A stretch of 64,000 nt of DNA from Octopus sinensis. Its lineage: Eukaryota. The stretch covers positions 70,866,001 through 70,930,000 of the forward strand of contig NC_042999.1 in assembly GCF_006345805.1 (NCBI RefSeq). Reading direction: 5' to 3'. Positions 49,598 to 63,912 of the stretch are shown piece after piece. The notes under the pieces were generated by a model that saw only the letters and a program-made list of their open reading frames with translations, had not been told where the DNA came from and did not search any database. Made by a program: the position numbers and the translations under genes. The first letter of the stretch is position 1, and the number at the start of each line of letters is the position of its first letter.

Positions 49598-51571
49598 ACA
49601 AATACGTCTGTATAAAATGAGAGGGAATGGAATAGCTAAGCGAACGAGAAGTGAATGCTGCGTGAAGTTTAACAATGGTATTTATTAATTACATCAGCCC
49701 GTAGATACTATTAAATTTCCTTACGCATTAGTTATTTCTTTTTGTAGTGCAATGTAACGTGAAGTCTTAGCATGCAATTTTAGAAAGAAATTTATTACTT
49801 GACTTTTCTTTGGTGTGGGCCGAGAGTAAAACTATAATACCTCTAAATTTTGTCTCCTTTAAACTTTAAAAACGTATTGTGACACACGTATCCTTTGGCG
49901 GGAAGCAAAGCCAAAGGACGGCTTTTATATATGTTAGTACTCGCTTTCATTTAGCCAATCTATAAATGTGAAATAGCTGACTCCATGACAAGATAATTCT
50001 TACAAGACTGTTGAGAATCTAATTAAGCAGAAATTTATCTGCCATATCAATTGACTTAACTGACAAATGCACCAAATTAATTAATTACAACTGGCAATTG
50101 ATAATTTATATTAAATACTGTAATCTTTTTAAATAACCACTCATCTTTCACATTTGAAGGTTCTCAACTGACAAATACATTATACTCTATCATGTTTACT
50201 GTATTCATCATTGTATATCATTATATTATATTTGATTATCTGCTTCGTAATATGGATTAGGCCAAAATGCTATCGTTAATGATAGCGGTGAGTCACTTTA
50301 AACGTATTTATATCAGAACCACGAAAAGCTTCGATTGCCTGAAGTATATCTTGAGGCACGGCAGCTTGCTGTAAACTACGCTTTAGAAGCTGCTTCTAAA
50401 CAGTACATGAAAACGTACAGTTGAAAGGATATACAAGCGTGAAAAATGAGAAAGGGAGGGAAACGTAGAGGAGAGGAAAAGAGAGAAGATAGAGAAAGAG
50501 AAGCAAAGGAAGTGTGACATGCAGAAAAAGAGCGAGCGTCGTATTTCAAATAAAAAATAAATTCAGATATTAGAATCAATAGAAAGTAATGAGATGTATC
50601 AATGAAAGTAATAAGATGTACTTTCCTGCTAATGAGATGTATCAATGAAAGTACTTCCCTGCAAACAAATTAAAAAAGAAAATACGTAATTTTTTATATG
50701 CACATCATGTAGACAATATGCTAAGCTATACAGGATATAAACAACAACACTGCAGAGTGACACTCAACTTTGACGGAAGAGGACTAATAAGACTGGAACA
50801 TACACTGTATTACCTCCCATCTCACCAAAATGACTGTTTTAAAATTTTTATTGTTCATTACATTATGTTGACGCTAACTTAATATATCCTGCATATTATG
50901 TTATGAACACAATGTACTCTGTTGTTGTTGTTTTACTTTGAGTCAACTCTGATCAAATAGACCTATGATCAAAGACTTCTAGCCATTGCCGTCCAACTAT
51001 TTCTATATCTAGGACTACATTGTTCAATAAGTCATTCGGTTTTCAAGACAACAAACTATGATTTGAATAGTAGCTATTTCCAGCAGGATAAGTGGTCTAT
51101 GTTAGGAAGTCTGTTGTTGTTTTCACTGTTCTTGCCATTTAACTATAGGTGAACCTAGTTAAAGCATGTCTATTCTCAGTAACATTCCTGTCAAAACCTC
51201 CCACTCTTTTTAAGAATATCTAACACTACCTCTGGAATATCACTTTCTCAACTACTCACGGTATAAACGCAAAGTTTCTGTCTGTAATAAAATACTTCGA
51301 TACAAACGATTCAGTTGGTCACAGTATATGATCCAAAACGATAACACTAAAATATATACCCACGTACACACTGTATACATTATACAATAATGAATGAAAC
51401 GATGATTTCTTTGACTATTTGAAAGACGAGCGTTATAGCAGAGATCTATGGTCGAAAGAATCAACAAATGAAGCTCGGTAAGATTTGAACTGAGAGTGCA
51501 GAGGAACAAGATTTAGGCTTATTTGTTTGTCGAATGCTATGTATGTATGTATGTATGTATGTATGTATATA

Positions 51572-52480
51572 TGTCATTATTCAGTTTGTTTTTCAAAATT
51601 TCTTGCCAATAGAGAAAGAGCCGGTTTCTAACCTAGATTCAAGGCTCCTTCACTGGAATTTCAACAACATCAACAGGATATTTTTCTATGTATACGTGCA
51701 GATTTGTATTTTTTGTTTTATGTATGTTCTCTCATGCATATATGTGCATATCTAGACATGATCATATATATATTTAAATGATAACTTCTGGCAAATTTTA
51801 CAGATTTTTTACAGTTCCAGTAATGGATTGAGTCTGTAGTCTTCGAATCAGCTTTCTCCTTTCCCGGTTATAGGAACCTAATTACTCAAGATTGGTATTT
51901 AGGCAATGTGTTACATATCCCAGTGCCCCAATAATTACAGCTATAAACCTGAACTTGTAATCTGGACAGACTAACTGCAGATTTCTCAATAGTTCAGCAT
52001 AAGTATTCTCTTTTTCACTGTTCTTCAGCTTTATGCTAACATCCTACTTGGCAACTGATTTCCACTAATGCATGCAGGTTCTCTATCCTAAATCAGGCCT
52101 GTTGTGCTTACATTTTATTGAGGTTTTCACTAGGACATTCCACCAGTACTCCTTTTTATTTTGATTAGCTATAGCTTCTACGGTACTGTGGGTAGTTATT
52201 TCTTTGTCCTCGGGGTTATCCTTCCGACGGATTTTATGATATAGATTCCTAGCTGCAACATCGTCTCATTGGTAGATAATATCGCGATGACATTTTCAGA
52301 CAACTGCTTATGATGTAGGTGATATCTACAGTGTTATCTCTATAAAGTCTGCATCGGTTGTCACATTTTACTGATTTCCCAGTATCTCTGTCACTTTTGT
52401 GCATCAGGTATTTGGTTGATATTTCCTGTTCCTGGATTACAAACGCATACCCTTCAAAGTGGGAGGTAGTAAACCGGTTG
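51572..52480 (-). mobile_element. 3' portion of an RLE-type non-LTR retrotransposon flanked by (TATG)n
   Basis: SHFEGYAFVIQEQEISTKYL..CDNRCRL..ITYIISSC..YWWNVLVKTSIKCKHNRPD..VEISC..EKENTYAELLRNLQ..IIGALGYV. Confidence 0.8.
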
Positions 52481-52626
52481 TTGGTTCATGATAGACTGCT
52501 TTGATGATCAATGTTACGTTCATATGACTGTCAGTCTGCCTGCTTGTCTGCCTGTTCGTTTGTCTGTCTGTTTGTCTGTATGTATGTATGCATATATATA
52601 TATATATATCTATATATATTATATAT

Positions 52627-52708
<82 letters not shown>

Positions 52709-53036
52709 ACACACACATATATATATATATATATTGTATTATATACATACATTCGCCATGATGGATCGTTAGCCACAATGCATTCATTATTTTCTCTTCT
52801 TGTTTCTTTCTGTGTTCCTTTTTGTGGAAGAAACGTTAAAGACTTCTTCACTTCCCTAGCGTTAAGTTAATACATGTGTTTGTTGTCTACACCATCTGTC
52901 TTTGTCTTTTGTTTTGTTGTGAATTCTCTCCCCATATATATATATATATATATATATTATATAATATATATATTATGTATGCCCCACACCACACACACAC
53001 ACACGCACACACACACACACACGCACACACACACAA

Positions 53037-53093
<57 letters not shown>

Positions 53094-53139
53094 AATGTGT
53101 GTGTGTGTATGCACAAAGGATAATGGCGACTAAAATCCT

Positions 53140-53660
53140 TCGGTATGCCGTTGAGAATTAAGGAGAAAGCTGAAATTTGTAAAACTATGGGCCTCAATAT
53201 CCCACGCATGAAATCCCTACGTATGAAATCCAAGTTTCATTGTGGCCTTTACAGGACGATGGGCTCATAATTTCTTGAAACATGAACAAGCATCACTTTG
53301 ATAATTTCAGAAAATACCCAACCATAAGTTCCGAAGAGTTAAATCTAAAAATCACAGTTGACACTAATCTAAATATTGTCAACTTTCTAGTCATCTCTTT
53401 ACATTTAGACATCACCAGTTTGTATTTATTTAGAAAAGCCAAATAGGAAACTATTGTATATCAACATAGAATACCACCATCTCACTTTCTAATACCGAGA
53501 ACTTAAAACAATTACTATAATACGCTTGTCGTGAACGACGAAGCTTGAGTCAATTCCGCAAATATTTATTACAATGAGTGATTTAAAAGTATTTGAAGAC
53601 GTGTTACCAAAAGGACCAAACATAAGCGCAACCCATATCTTCTCAAACCCAGCAAACACA
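53140..53660 (+). mobile_element. decayed Penelope-like reverse transcriptase fragment
   Basis: GMPLRIKEKAEICKTMGL..GLYR/DDGLII..LNLKITVDTNLNIVNFL..FRK matches PLE RT GAEICELVGL..GLYRDDG..NFLD..YRKP. Confidence 0.7.
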
Positions 53661-53712
53661 GTCACATGATTTATCTCATTTCAGTCTCGCAGTTCATAGA
53701 GGACGAGTGTGT

Positions 53713-53793
<81 letters not shown>

Positions 53794-54449
53794 TCTGTAT
53801 GTGAGAGAGAAAGAAAGAGAAAGAGAGACAGAAAGAAGGTAGAGAGACAGAAACATAGAGAGAGAGAGAAAGAAAGAAAAAGAGAGAGAAGGAGAGAGAG
53901 AGTGAAAAAGAGAGGGAGAAAAAGCAGAAAGAGAGACAGTGATAGAAAGAAAGAGAGAGAAAGTGAGAAAGAGGTAGAGGGACAGAGTGAAAGAGATAAA
54001 TAAATAGACAGACAGAGGGAGAGAGAAAATGAGAAAAAGAGGGAGAATAGTGAATGAGAAAAGAGGGAGAATATTTGAGTGTGTGGTGTGGTATATGTGT
54101 GTGTATGTATGTGTGTGGTTAAATGCTGATATTTATTTGAGTTGATTTTAACTATTAGCCTTCCTTGATTGGATAAAATACAAGTAAATTAGTAGTATGT
54201 CTATTTAATCACTTGGGACCTTTACTTCAAAATCTGTGGCTATGTTAAAAAATCTTTCTTAAAATCACAAAAAGTACTACTGTAAATAAAATAAAGAGGC
54301 AAGTAATTCTCTATCAGAATTTCTGTTTATTTTATCTTTGATTCATTTCTTAATCGTTTAGGCATTAATGTCTAAATTTAAGCAAGTTTTCTGAACGGTT
54401 TACAAACAAAATTGATGGATTTTCTCAGTTGATCCAAACAACAGATAAT

Positions 54450-54519
54450 ACCACCACCACCACCACCACCACCACCACCACCACCACCACCACCACCACC
54501 ACCACCACCACCACCACCA

Positions 54520-54551
<32 letters not shown>

Positions 54552-54660
54552 ACCACCACCACCACCACCACCACCACCACTAGCAGCAGCAGCACTACCA
54601 GCAGCAGCATCACCACCACCGCCGCCGCCGCCACCACCGCCGCCACCACCGCTGCCACCA
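54450..54660. repeat. (CAC)n/(GCC)n/(AGC)n compound microsatellite
   Basis: direct reading. Confidence 0.95.
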
Positions 54661-55400
54661 CTGCCTTGATCAAATTATTTGTTTCTGTGATGTTTCTTCT
54701 GAAGTATTTCAGAATTTCATTGGACATTTTTCGTTTCTTGGTTCAATTTCCATCGATCAACCTTTTTAAAGTTGCAAATAATGTCGCTATCGTTCTCCTC
54801 TAGTATTGTCTTTATTCTGTTGTAGATTGCCTTTTGTTCATCTGTCATGTCGCCATTAATTTTATTGTCTTCTTTCAGATCATCTATATGTCTTTCATCA
54901 AGTAAATTACCACTGCTCATTTCCTGTGCCATGAGATTACTCTTATTAGTAAGAACCGTATTTTCATTGTTATCTCTGCTGCTATTTTCCAATACCCGTC
55001 TTTTGATAGCTTCGAGCTCTACTTCTGTGAACCAACAATTTTTTTCTTATTGCTCTAGCTTGATCACATAATCTCTGTTCCATGAGTTGAACCAATCCCT
55101 TTTCTCTCCTATGATCATACATACGTTGTCGGTAACTCCTAATTTGAGCACCATTTTCATCAGGTAGTAACACTGCATGACCACAGCATTAATTTGTTTG
55201 CTCCATCTACACCGTGTGTGGTGATCTCTTTCTGGATATCGACAGGCTGGAGCCGGACCAGAATCTCTGAGCCTACCGGGTGTAACACTGTCACCATCAT
55301 TGGTTTCAGTTTCATTACCACCATTATTCACAATATTTTGTTTTTTCATTGGCACTCATATGAGGTAGCGATTATCAGGTTGCGCAATTAGCAGTGTTTT
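54660..55400 (-). mobile_element. 5' portion (ORF N-terminus) of an R4/Dong-like retrotransposon, 3'-truncated
   Basis: RWSKQINAVVMQCYYL..YRQRMYD..EQRLCDQARAIRK..FKKVDRWKLNQETK..NITETNNLIKA, across frameshifts. Confidence 0.7.
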
Positions 55401-56042
55401 TATAAGTGACATAATGTCTCTAGATGTATCATTATGAGCCCATAAGGAGACTCCACCCATTTCCTTTCATTACTATTATTATCATCACTGATATCACTGG
55501 TATTATTGTTTATGTGTGTAGTAGTAGCAGTGGTAGCAGCAACAGCAACAGTAGCAGGGATGGGGTAGTGGCAAGGGTGGTAGTTGGGCATCAGATTCCT
55601 GTGCTATCATAATAGTAGTAGTTGTAGTATAATTTCAGTATTAGTAGTTTTTAGTATCAGCAGCTGCAGAATATTATCATTATTTTAATTTTTTCATTAT
55701 CACCTTCACCACCACTACCATTGTTGTTGGGCATCAGATTGGTGAATAGATCATATGCTACAGGTCTATAAATAGATTCCGCAGATGGTGGTGGTGGGGG
55801 GGTCAGCCATAGAGACAAAGGAATCTTCGCACCCCTTCGGTTCAGCAGAGGTCAAATGTGTTTACTACTACCAGTGGCCATTGACCGCGCTGCCTTGATA
55901 AGAAGCAATTCAACCTGTTGTAGTCCATCGTCCTTTGGTTTTGTTATGGTTTCGTTTTTACGTTCATTGACATGTGTTGATATTTCTTTCGTATTCATAA
56001 TTATTACTGATGTGTAAGCGAGAGACCGAGAAGAGACAGCAA

Positions 56043-56078
<36 letters not shown>

Positions 56079-56204
56079 AGACAGAAACCTCTATTAAACA
56101 ATTCAATGATGAAAGATGTTATTCACACCATATAGAAAACATATACTATAAAAACCTTATTCTAAAAATCAATAACGTTCAATAAATAGTAAATAGTGGT
56201 AAAA

Positions 56205-56324
56205 AGACTACGCGCGTTTCGTGGCTATATTTTCAAATAGATAATAATAATAAAATCAATTCGATTTAAAATTAAATCGATCTAAAATAATTTCTATTTA
56301 AAAATATAGTCACTCATCAGGTCT
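56205..56324 (-). ncRNA. type I hammerhead ribozyme (intact core, 93-nt stem II)
   Basis: AGAC-CTGATGA-[GTGACTATATTTT..AAAATATAGCCAC]-GAAA-CGCGCG-T-A-GTCT: 4-bp stem I, palindromic stem III ACGCGCGT, GUA cleavage between 56209 and 56208. Confidence 0.8.
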
Positions 56325-57166
56325 AAAATGATAAATAATAAAAACATAATAATAGAATAAATGTACTTATCTTAACTTATACTAATTATCAAATAAATAT
56401 ATAAAAATACATGTATTAACTATAAATAGTCGAAAAGCGTTTAACAATATTTCTTAAAATAAAAATATAACTTATCGAAGGATTTTCGTTAACTAAAATT
56501 TTTAAACGTAACACGTAGAACTTAGCGTTTATAAGAAATATATCGCGTAAATAGAATTTATTGAAGAAATTGATAGAAATAAGTATTTAAGCTATTAAAA
56601 TTACAAATGTATTTTAGCTGTGAGGAATAAGGAAAAAATTAACTTTAATTTTCAGGAAAATTTGTAAAGTCTAAATAATTGAAATACTAAATACGTAAAA
56701 TACATAATATAATAAACATAAATTAAGCTAAAATTCTATATTTAATCTATTTTCATTAATTAATTAATTTATTTTACAAACATCTAGTTTTCAACTTATT
56801 CTAATTATGTAATATAGACTATATAATCCCGTGCTAATTTATACTCAGTTTACTACTACAAATTATAACTACAACAATTAGTATCATAAAACAGGGTTTA
56901 TATATATACACATATTAGCCAAACTTATTATATAAATAATTTAGTTTATGTCTACATTTAATTTTTCGTTCGACTAGGAATTAATCAATTTTATTTTATT
57001 AGTTAATAATATCTCCTTAAATTCGTTCGTACATAATACCTGTTCAATATGATTTTGCCTTACAAACTATCTCCCCATTCAAATCAGCCAGCTTTTTATG
57101 CCTCTTCCTCCTGCTGCTGCTGCTGCCCCTCCTCTTCCATTTTCACTCCTCCTCCTCCTCCTTCTT

Positions 57167-57512
57167 AAGGCAGCGAGCTGGCAGAATCGTTAGCACGCTG
57201 GACAATATGCTTAGTGGTATTTCGTCCGTCGCTACGTTCTGAGTTCAAATTCCGCCGAGATCGACTTTGCTTTTCATCTTTTCAGAAAGGATTGTTATTA
57301 TAATAATAATATTAATAATAATAATTATTATTATAATTCACATGATATGGCACTCTTCTATTTATTTGTGTTTAACTTCTGGATGAGTTACCTCGGTCCT
57401 ATATAGACTTAGCAAAAAATGAAGTAGACTGACATGTAATTTTTGAACCTGTGGAAGGCACGCTAGATGCTGAAATATTGTTCAACGAATTTCTCAGGAT
57501 ATGGCACTCTTC

Positions 57513-57579
<67 letters not shown>

Positions 57580-57800
57580 CATCATCATTATTATTAAGGT
57601 AGCGTGCTGTCTGAATCGTTGGTTCGTTGGACAAAATGCTTAACGGCATTTCGCTCGTCGCTATGTTTTTGAGTTCAAATTCTGCAGAGGTCGGCTTTGC
57701 CTTTCATCCTTTCGGGATCGACAAAATAAGCGCGAATCAAGTACTGCTGTCGATGTATTCAATTAACGTCTTTCCCCCAAATTTCAGGCCTTTTGCTAAA
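57167..57800 (+). mobile_element. two SINE-2 copies (57167-57285 and 57597-57800)
   Basis: GGCAGCGAGCTGGCAGAATCGTTAGC..TTCTGAGTTCAAATTCCGCCGAG. Confidence 0.8.
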
Positions 57801-58345
57801 ATAAAGAAAGCTTATTATTATGATTGGTATTGTTACTGTTCTTATTAAGTTTGTCTTTCACCTATCAGAATCTGTCTCTATTTTCACTCTCTTACTTTAG
57901 ATTTATTAGTTAATTGCTCATTTGACTCTTGTGTTCCTGATTTATTTATTTATCTCTCTAACACCTTCTCTCTCTTTCTTACTTTCATTACATACCGCTT
58001 CTCGCGCAATATACTGTTTTCTTTATCTGTTTTTGTGTCTGTCTATCCGTCAATGAATCACACTCTGGTTTTCTCACACACCATTCACCTTCTCTCCCCT
58101 AACTTTTTTACCATTTCTATTAATGTCCGATCTTATCCTTTTCCTTTGTCGTTATCTCTTCAGTTATTTCAGCGTTTAATCTTATGTTATTTCGAAAGAG
58201 CGCGCGCACACACATACAGAGAACACACACGCAAACACGTGTACTGAGGGTGAATATATCTTGGTGTATTCTCACACTTCTGCACAAGCATGTGCATGTA
58301 TGTATGGTATGTAATATGTATGTATGCATGATTATATATATAGAT

Positions 58346-58403
<58 letters not shown>

Positions 58404-58697
58404 ATATATATACATATTTATATGCGTGTGTATGTGCGTATGTATGTCTGTGTGTACCTGTCTATCTATCTGCTTTGTATGCATACATTCACTCATTCAT
58501 TCATCATTCATTCATTCATTCATTCATACATATATGCATATATATACGTGCAGACATACATACTCTCGCACATACTTCACAGCATAATCACATGACTAGT
58601 TAACTATTTCCTTTTCCTCTTCTTTATCTCATCCACATTCTCACTTTCATTTATATATATATATATTTATATAAAGTATGAGTGTGTGCGTGTGTGT

Positions 58698-58762
<65 letters not shown>

Positions 58763-59379
58763 GTGAGAGTGAGGGAGACAGAAAGATAGGTGTATAATAG
58801 TTATACGAAAACATACCAAGACTGTACAAACTTGCTCATTCGTGTATACATTCTATCTCTCTCCTTCACGCACACAGACTCATAAATTTGTTTTTTTCTT
58901 TCACTCGTTCACCTTGATGAATGCCTGACATTAGGCATCCAAGAGATTTGCAAATAAATTTAAAAGCTGATACATAAGTGCCAGTGATGAAAAGGAGTCT
59001 GGACTATGAGGAATGTTTAAAGTAAAAGTTTAGAATAGAAATTTAAGTATATCAAAAGAAGTAAGATAAAATAGTCCGTCGTGAGGACTAGGTAAAACAA
59101 TTTTCGTTTCAGACAGGATCTTTTGTTGGCGCTGCAAATTAATGTATTTGAGATATGCAAAATTATTATAAAAAATTAAAACAAAACAAACGTATTCAAA
59201 GATTACACTGTGAACCAAATGAATGAGTTATTATGTTTTGAGCGAAGATCATCCCTGTCAAGATATGAAAGAAGAAAGAAAAATTAACGGAAACGTTTTG
59301 TGCTCATTACTAAAAAATCATGGTTTATAGTTGAAGACCTGGACCTCAGGATAAACTAGCATAGAGTCCCAACAAAGTA

Positions 59380-59880
59380 ACGATGGTCATTCCAATAAAC
59401 TGTCTTAAAACTTGGAAAAGAGGCTGTTAAATATGAGGATGAGTTCGATGAGACAGAGAAGAGTATGGGTACTGGATCCGAGTATTGTACGACGGTTCAG
59501 AAGAATTCTATAATCGCGAAGTGTGACGGTATAGAGGGAGTTCATATCCATGGTAAAAAGTAATTGGAAGAAGCGGGAATAAAGACAAGCGGTAGAAAAC
59601 GTAGATGACAAGTACCAAAAGGTTGGTCAAGGTTTTTAGAGATGAGGTGGAATAGTTGCTGGTCGAGACGATGGGGCAACCAGTAATGTTGGTTTCATAG
59701 ATCTTGAAGGAGAAGCAGATGACGCAATTCGTGGGGTGCAAACGATGAGTATTGGCAATGTAAAGAAGGAGAGAGGAGGAGATAAGTTGGCGTACTGCAA
59801 TAGAGACAAATTGTTATTTTTGAAGGTTAGCTCGTTAGGTAATTTAAAGTAGAAAGCAGGGCTGCTGAGTTGACAAAATA
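59380..59880 (-). mobile_element. possible decayed LINE remnant
   Basis: GC-richer, purine-skewed block like 47830-48790; no clear motif. Confidence 0.2.
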
Positions 59881-60464
59881 AGCACTTCAGCTCTATAGAA
59901 GTCGGTGAATGACCACACACGTGTGAATACATACATGCGTATATACATATATGCATACATCTGTGTGCGTGCAAATTAGTGTATACATGTGTGGGTGTGT
60001 ATATATGTGTGTGTGCACGCATGTTTTGCAATATGTATGAGTGTGTGTGTCTGATGTTCTAAGAACAGCAATATTTGTTATAGTGATGACGTTAGCACGT
60101 TGTTGGTTAATCATGGTGGCGGTGGTGGTTGTACGCAACAGCTGTAAGGAGTTAACGATATTTTGTTATAAGTATTTTGTTGATTGTAAATTAAGAAAAA
60201 CAAACAGAAAATAGAAAAAAACCCCCTAAGTGTAAATATTTGTCGTCTGTTATACATTAACTTCGCATATTTGATATGCTAAAATGATGAAACGAAATTG
60301 AAGACAATTTATTACAGATACGGTATCTAAGTCATTTTATTTTCTATTATTCAAATTTCTATTATGCATTTGGCTTAGCCCGAGTATAAATTTAGTAAAG
60401 TGAACGTGAATTTGCAAGCTGATTTAATTTCTATCAACACTAACTTCAAATACATTATTTACAT

Positions 60465-60555
60465 TTGACGATATTTGTCCTCATCTTGTCTGTTGTTAAC
60501 ACAAGTTTCGGCTGATATACTTTCCAGCCTTCACCAGGTGCCTGGGGGAAATTTT
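60465..60555 (-). mobile_element. Penelope-type tail fragment with a degenerate hammerhead
   Basis: CAC-CTGGTGA-A-GGCTG..CAGCC-GAAA-C-TT-GTG (core A6 changed to G; stem III shortened). Confidence 0.5.
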
Positions 60556-60560
60556 GTGTG

Positions 60561-60714
<154 letters not shown>

Positions 60715-60939
60715 TATATACACACATATACATATATATATGTATATTAGAGATTCCAGTTTTTTTTTCTAGAAGCTGTGAATAAATATTTCAAACTCTT
60801 TTTTTTTACTTTGTTAGATACGAATCAAAGAAGATAGCTTAACTCGAACATCTGGAGTGATAGAAAATAATGATATCAACATTTGTGTATACATAGAACG
60901 ATGGGTTGTCAGATTTGTTCGAGGGTCAGAAAAAAATGC

Positions 60940-61060
60940 CTTGTGTTATTTCTTCCTGGCTATGAGTTCAAATTCCTCCAGGGCATCCTTGTCTTTCATC
61001 CTTCCATGGTCGCTAAAATATATGCCAGTCATGTATTAGGATCGACTTACTCTGCTAGTG
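60940..61060 (+). mobile_element. decayed SINE-2 fragment
   Basis: TATGAGTTCAAATTCC..CTTGTCTTTCATCCTTCCATGGTCGCTAAAATA. Confidence 0.55.
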
Positions 61061-61534
61061 ATGTGTACCATTATACGATAGGCTAGTATATTATAGTAGA
61101 GCCAGTATCCCCATCTAACCACGGGGCCATGGCATGTTAAATGACACAGCAGTTGGAGTATACTGTCGTCGCATCAACATTATCAATGTGTAATAGCATA
61201 CAATTAATGCCAACACAACACGCACATTCCATCATTCATTTACACGTACACTCTCTAAAATGCGGACCCAATATCCATTTTCATAACGTGAAAGACGAAA
61301 AAAAGAGGAGTCTGTACGTACATACACATGCATTTACACATACTTACACATCTATATACACTTCTTTTACTCCCTATTATTAAGGTGCACTATTTAATGG
61401 TTTATATAATGTTCGCTTTGATATAAAGGTTACACTGAAATAAAAATAAATACGCTAATCAAGTTCCAGTATATTCTCTAAAAAGTTTCCTCCACTTCCT
61501 CCTCCTCACCTTCTCCTCCTCCATCTAAACACAC

Positions 61535-61626
<92 letters not shown>

Positions 61627-63554
61627 GTATGTATGTATGCATATCGCTTGTAAAGAGATTGTCTTCAATATTGTGTCGACGGCGGTATTATACAAAGAAA
61701 ATTTATTCCCCTTTTCTTTAGCTTTTCAAATAGAATCATGTAACAGCCGCATTCTTTGGAGGTAAAACCCTATTTTCCTTAAAATTATTCATTCATGTTT
61801 GAACACTCTTTGATATAAAGTTAAAATACAAAAATATTGGACATTTTAGGCAGTATTAAATATTTACACACCACTTGTTTAGCTGAAGGGAGGATTAATT
61901 TCAAAGAGAAACTTTGAAGTAAGAACTAAAAATATAATAGAATACATTTATAACTTTCAATTATGATTCGCTATAACCGTAATTATTAGATGAATGCATG
62001 TTTTTTTTTTGTTTTTATTCCCTGAAAAGCACTGAAGTTACCAAGTATTTGCAATTTGATAAGAATGTTCCCTTAAGCTTCTGCGTACTTTAGAAATGTA
62101 ATTGTTATATATATATTTTAATAGAGAACTACAAAATAAAAAATGTTTTTGGAATTAAAAATATAAATAAATGCAATTAACAATATACGAGATTTGACTT
62201 TGAAAAACTAAGATTTTATAGTATGAGCAAATAGGAAAAAAAACCCAACAAAGTAAAGAATCTTAATGATAGTACTGATGATAATTATGATAATAATAAT
62301 AAAGGCAATAATAAAAGTGTGAATAAGGCATTAATAATTTTTTTATAGATGCTGATATCAAATCTGCGGCAGATGGTTTGTTGTGTTTTAGGGTAAGACA
62401 CTTAATTCTTCATGACTTCAAGGAAACCCTTTAGATTCTAGTTAATTATAACAGTTGTTTTGCTTTTAATTCTGTAACGAGAAAGAATCTTCACTTGTGA
62501 TTGCAGGTTCGATTTTCGGTTAAAATTTTTTACTTCACATGCCTGTACAGGCAATTTTAAGCAATAAATAATTTCCTGGAGAAGGATGGTCTCTGTTTTC
62601 TTGACATATCTTTGACATGTAAGACATTGTAGGAACTTTGTAACTCATTGAGGTTCGTAAAGTAATTGCCTTAAGAATCGTCTGCGAACATTTGAAAGAC
62701 AGTCGATCTAGGGAGAGTTTTTAAACTCAGAATACACCAGGAAAGTTATGAACATTGGCCAATAAACTGAAAACTGAAGCTTTATACATACATACACTGT
62801 ATGTAATTTACTCTGATAATGTAACCCTTTGTTACTGTCGCCGTTATAACTGCAGTAAATAAATGTGTAAACATTTGAACAACAACTCTAATTTTCATTA
62901 ATTGTGATATAAAGAAATGCAATGAAAATGATACTAAAGTGTTTTTGGTTTACTATGAGCTTACTGCTCGCTCAGTAACATAACAACGAGTCATTGAAGG
63001 AACCTCTATGTCATTTTCCTATGTGGTAGAAATAGCAATCCGATTCCATCAGGTTGTTTCCATTGCTCTCTTATCTAAGCACAGGAATGTCGGACCTATT
63101 AATCTTAAATTTTGTGACCTTGCTCTGAAATGAAACCAAAGCAAAATATCTCTGAAATGTGTTTTACGTTGACACGAATCCACCTTTAGAACGTTTTTCT
63201 GGTTTTAGATTTCCTGTTCTATCACATTCTGGTGGGATGGCGAAAATGTCTTTGAAGATGAACACTTTGAAACTAAAGAATTGTAATTTAGGCATTTTAT
63301 CTAATACATTAAAAGCTAAAGGTTATTCTTTGAACTTTTCATTTAAGGACTGGAATGATAATATTTTTCTTCAGACTTTGGTCGATGGAAAAAACAATAA
63401 AAAGGAACTATTAGAAACTATCAAAGGCAAACAAATTCTTTTGATACAACAAAGAAGAATTATTAGAGAGGATCAAATTGAATTAAGATAAGGCAGCATG
63501 ATGTATGAACCATATATATCTTTTGTTCTACCTATTCACATCAGCTTATATATC

Positions 63555-63912
63555 TTTTTATCTTTACCTGTTTGAGTCATTAAACTGCAGCCATGCTGGG
63601 GCACCGTCTTGAAGGGCTGAGTCGAACAAACCAACCCCAATCCTAATCCTAACCCAACCGTAATCTCAGTACTTATTTTTTAAAAATCTTGGTGCTTAAT
63701 GAAGCAGTTTCTTTTTCCCGAAGCGCTCAGTTAGGAAGTCGTAGACAAACCAACACCAATTGTCGAGGCTTCTTTCGGTTTCCGTCTACTAAATCCATTC
63801 ACAAGGGTTTCGCCGGTCGGGGGCTATAGTTGAAGGCACTTGCTAAAGGTGCTACGCGGTGGGATTGAACCTAAAACCAATTAGTTGGGAAGCTTCTCAA
63901 CCACACAGCCAC
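63555..63912 (-). mobile_element. older SINE-1 copy, empty site
   Basis: tail GAGTCATT..CTGCAGCCATGCTGGGGCACCG through head GGGAAGCTTCTCAACCACACAGCCAC. Confidence 0.8.

Noticed and set aside
58910-58945. CTTGATGA-A-TGCCT..AGGCA hairpin resembling a hammerhead
   Set aside because: GAAA and stem III are missing and the core is mismatched.
63645-63662. Telomere-like AATCCT/AACCC units
   Set aside because: Only about 3 imperfect units, inside a SINE.
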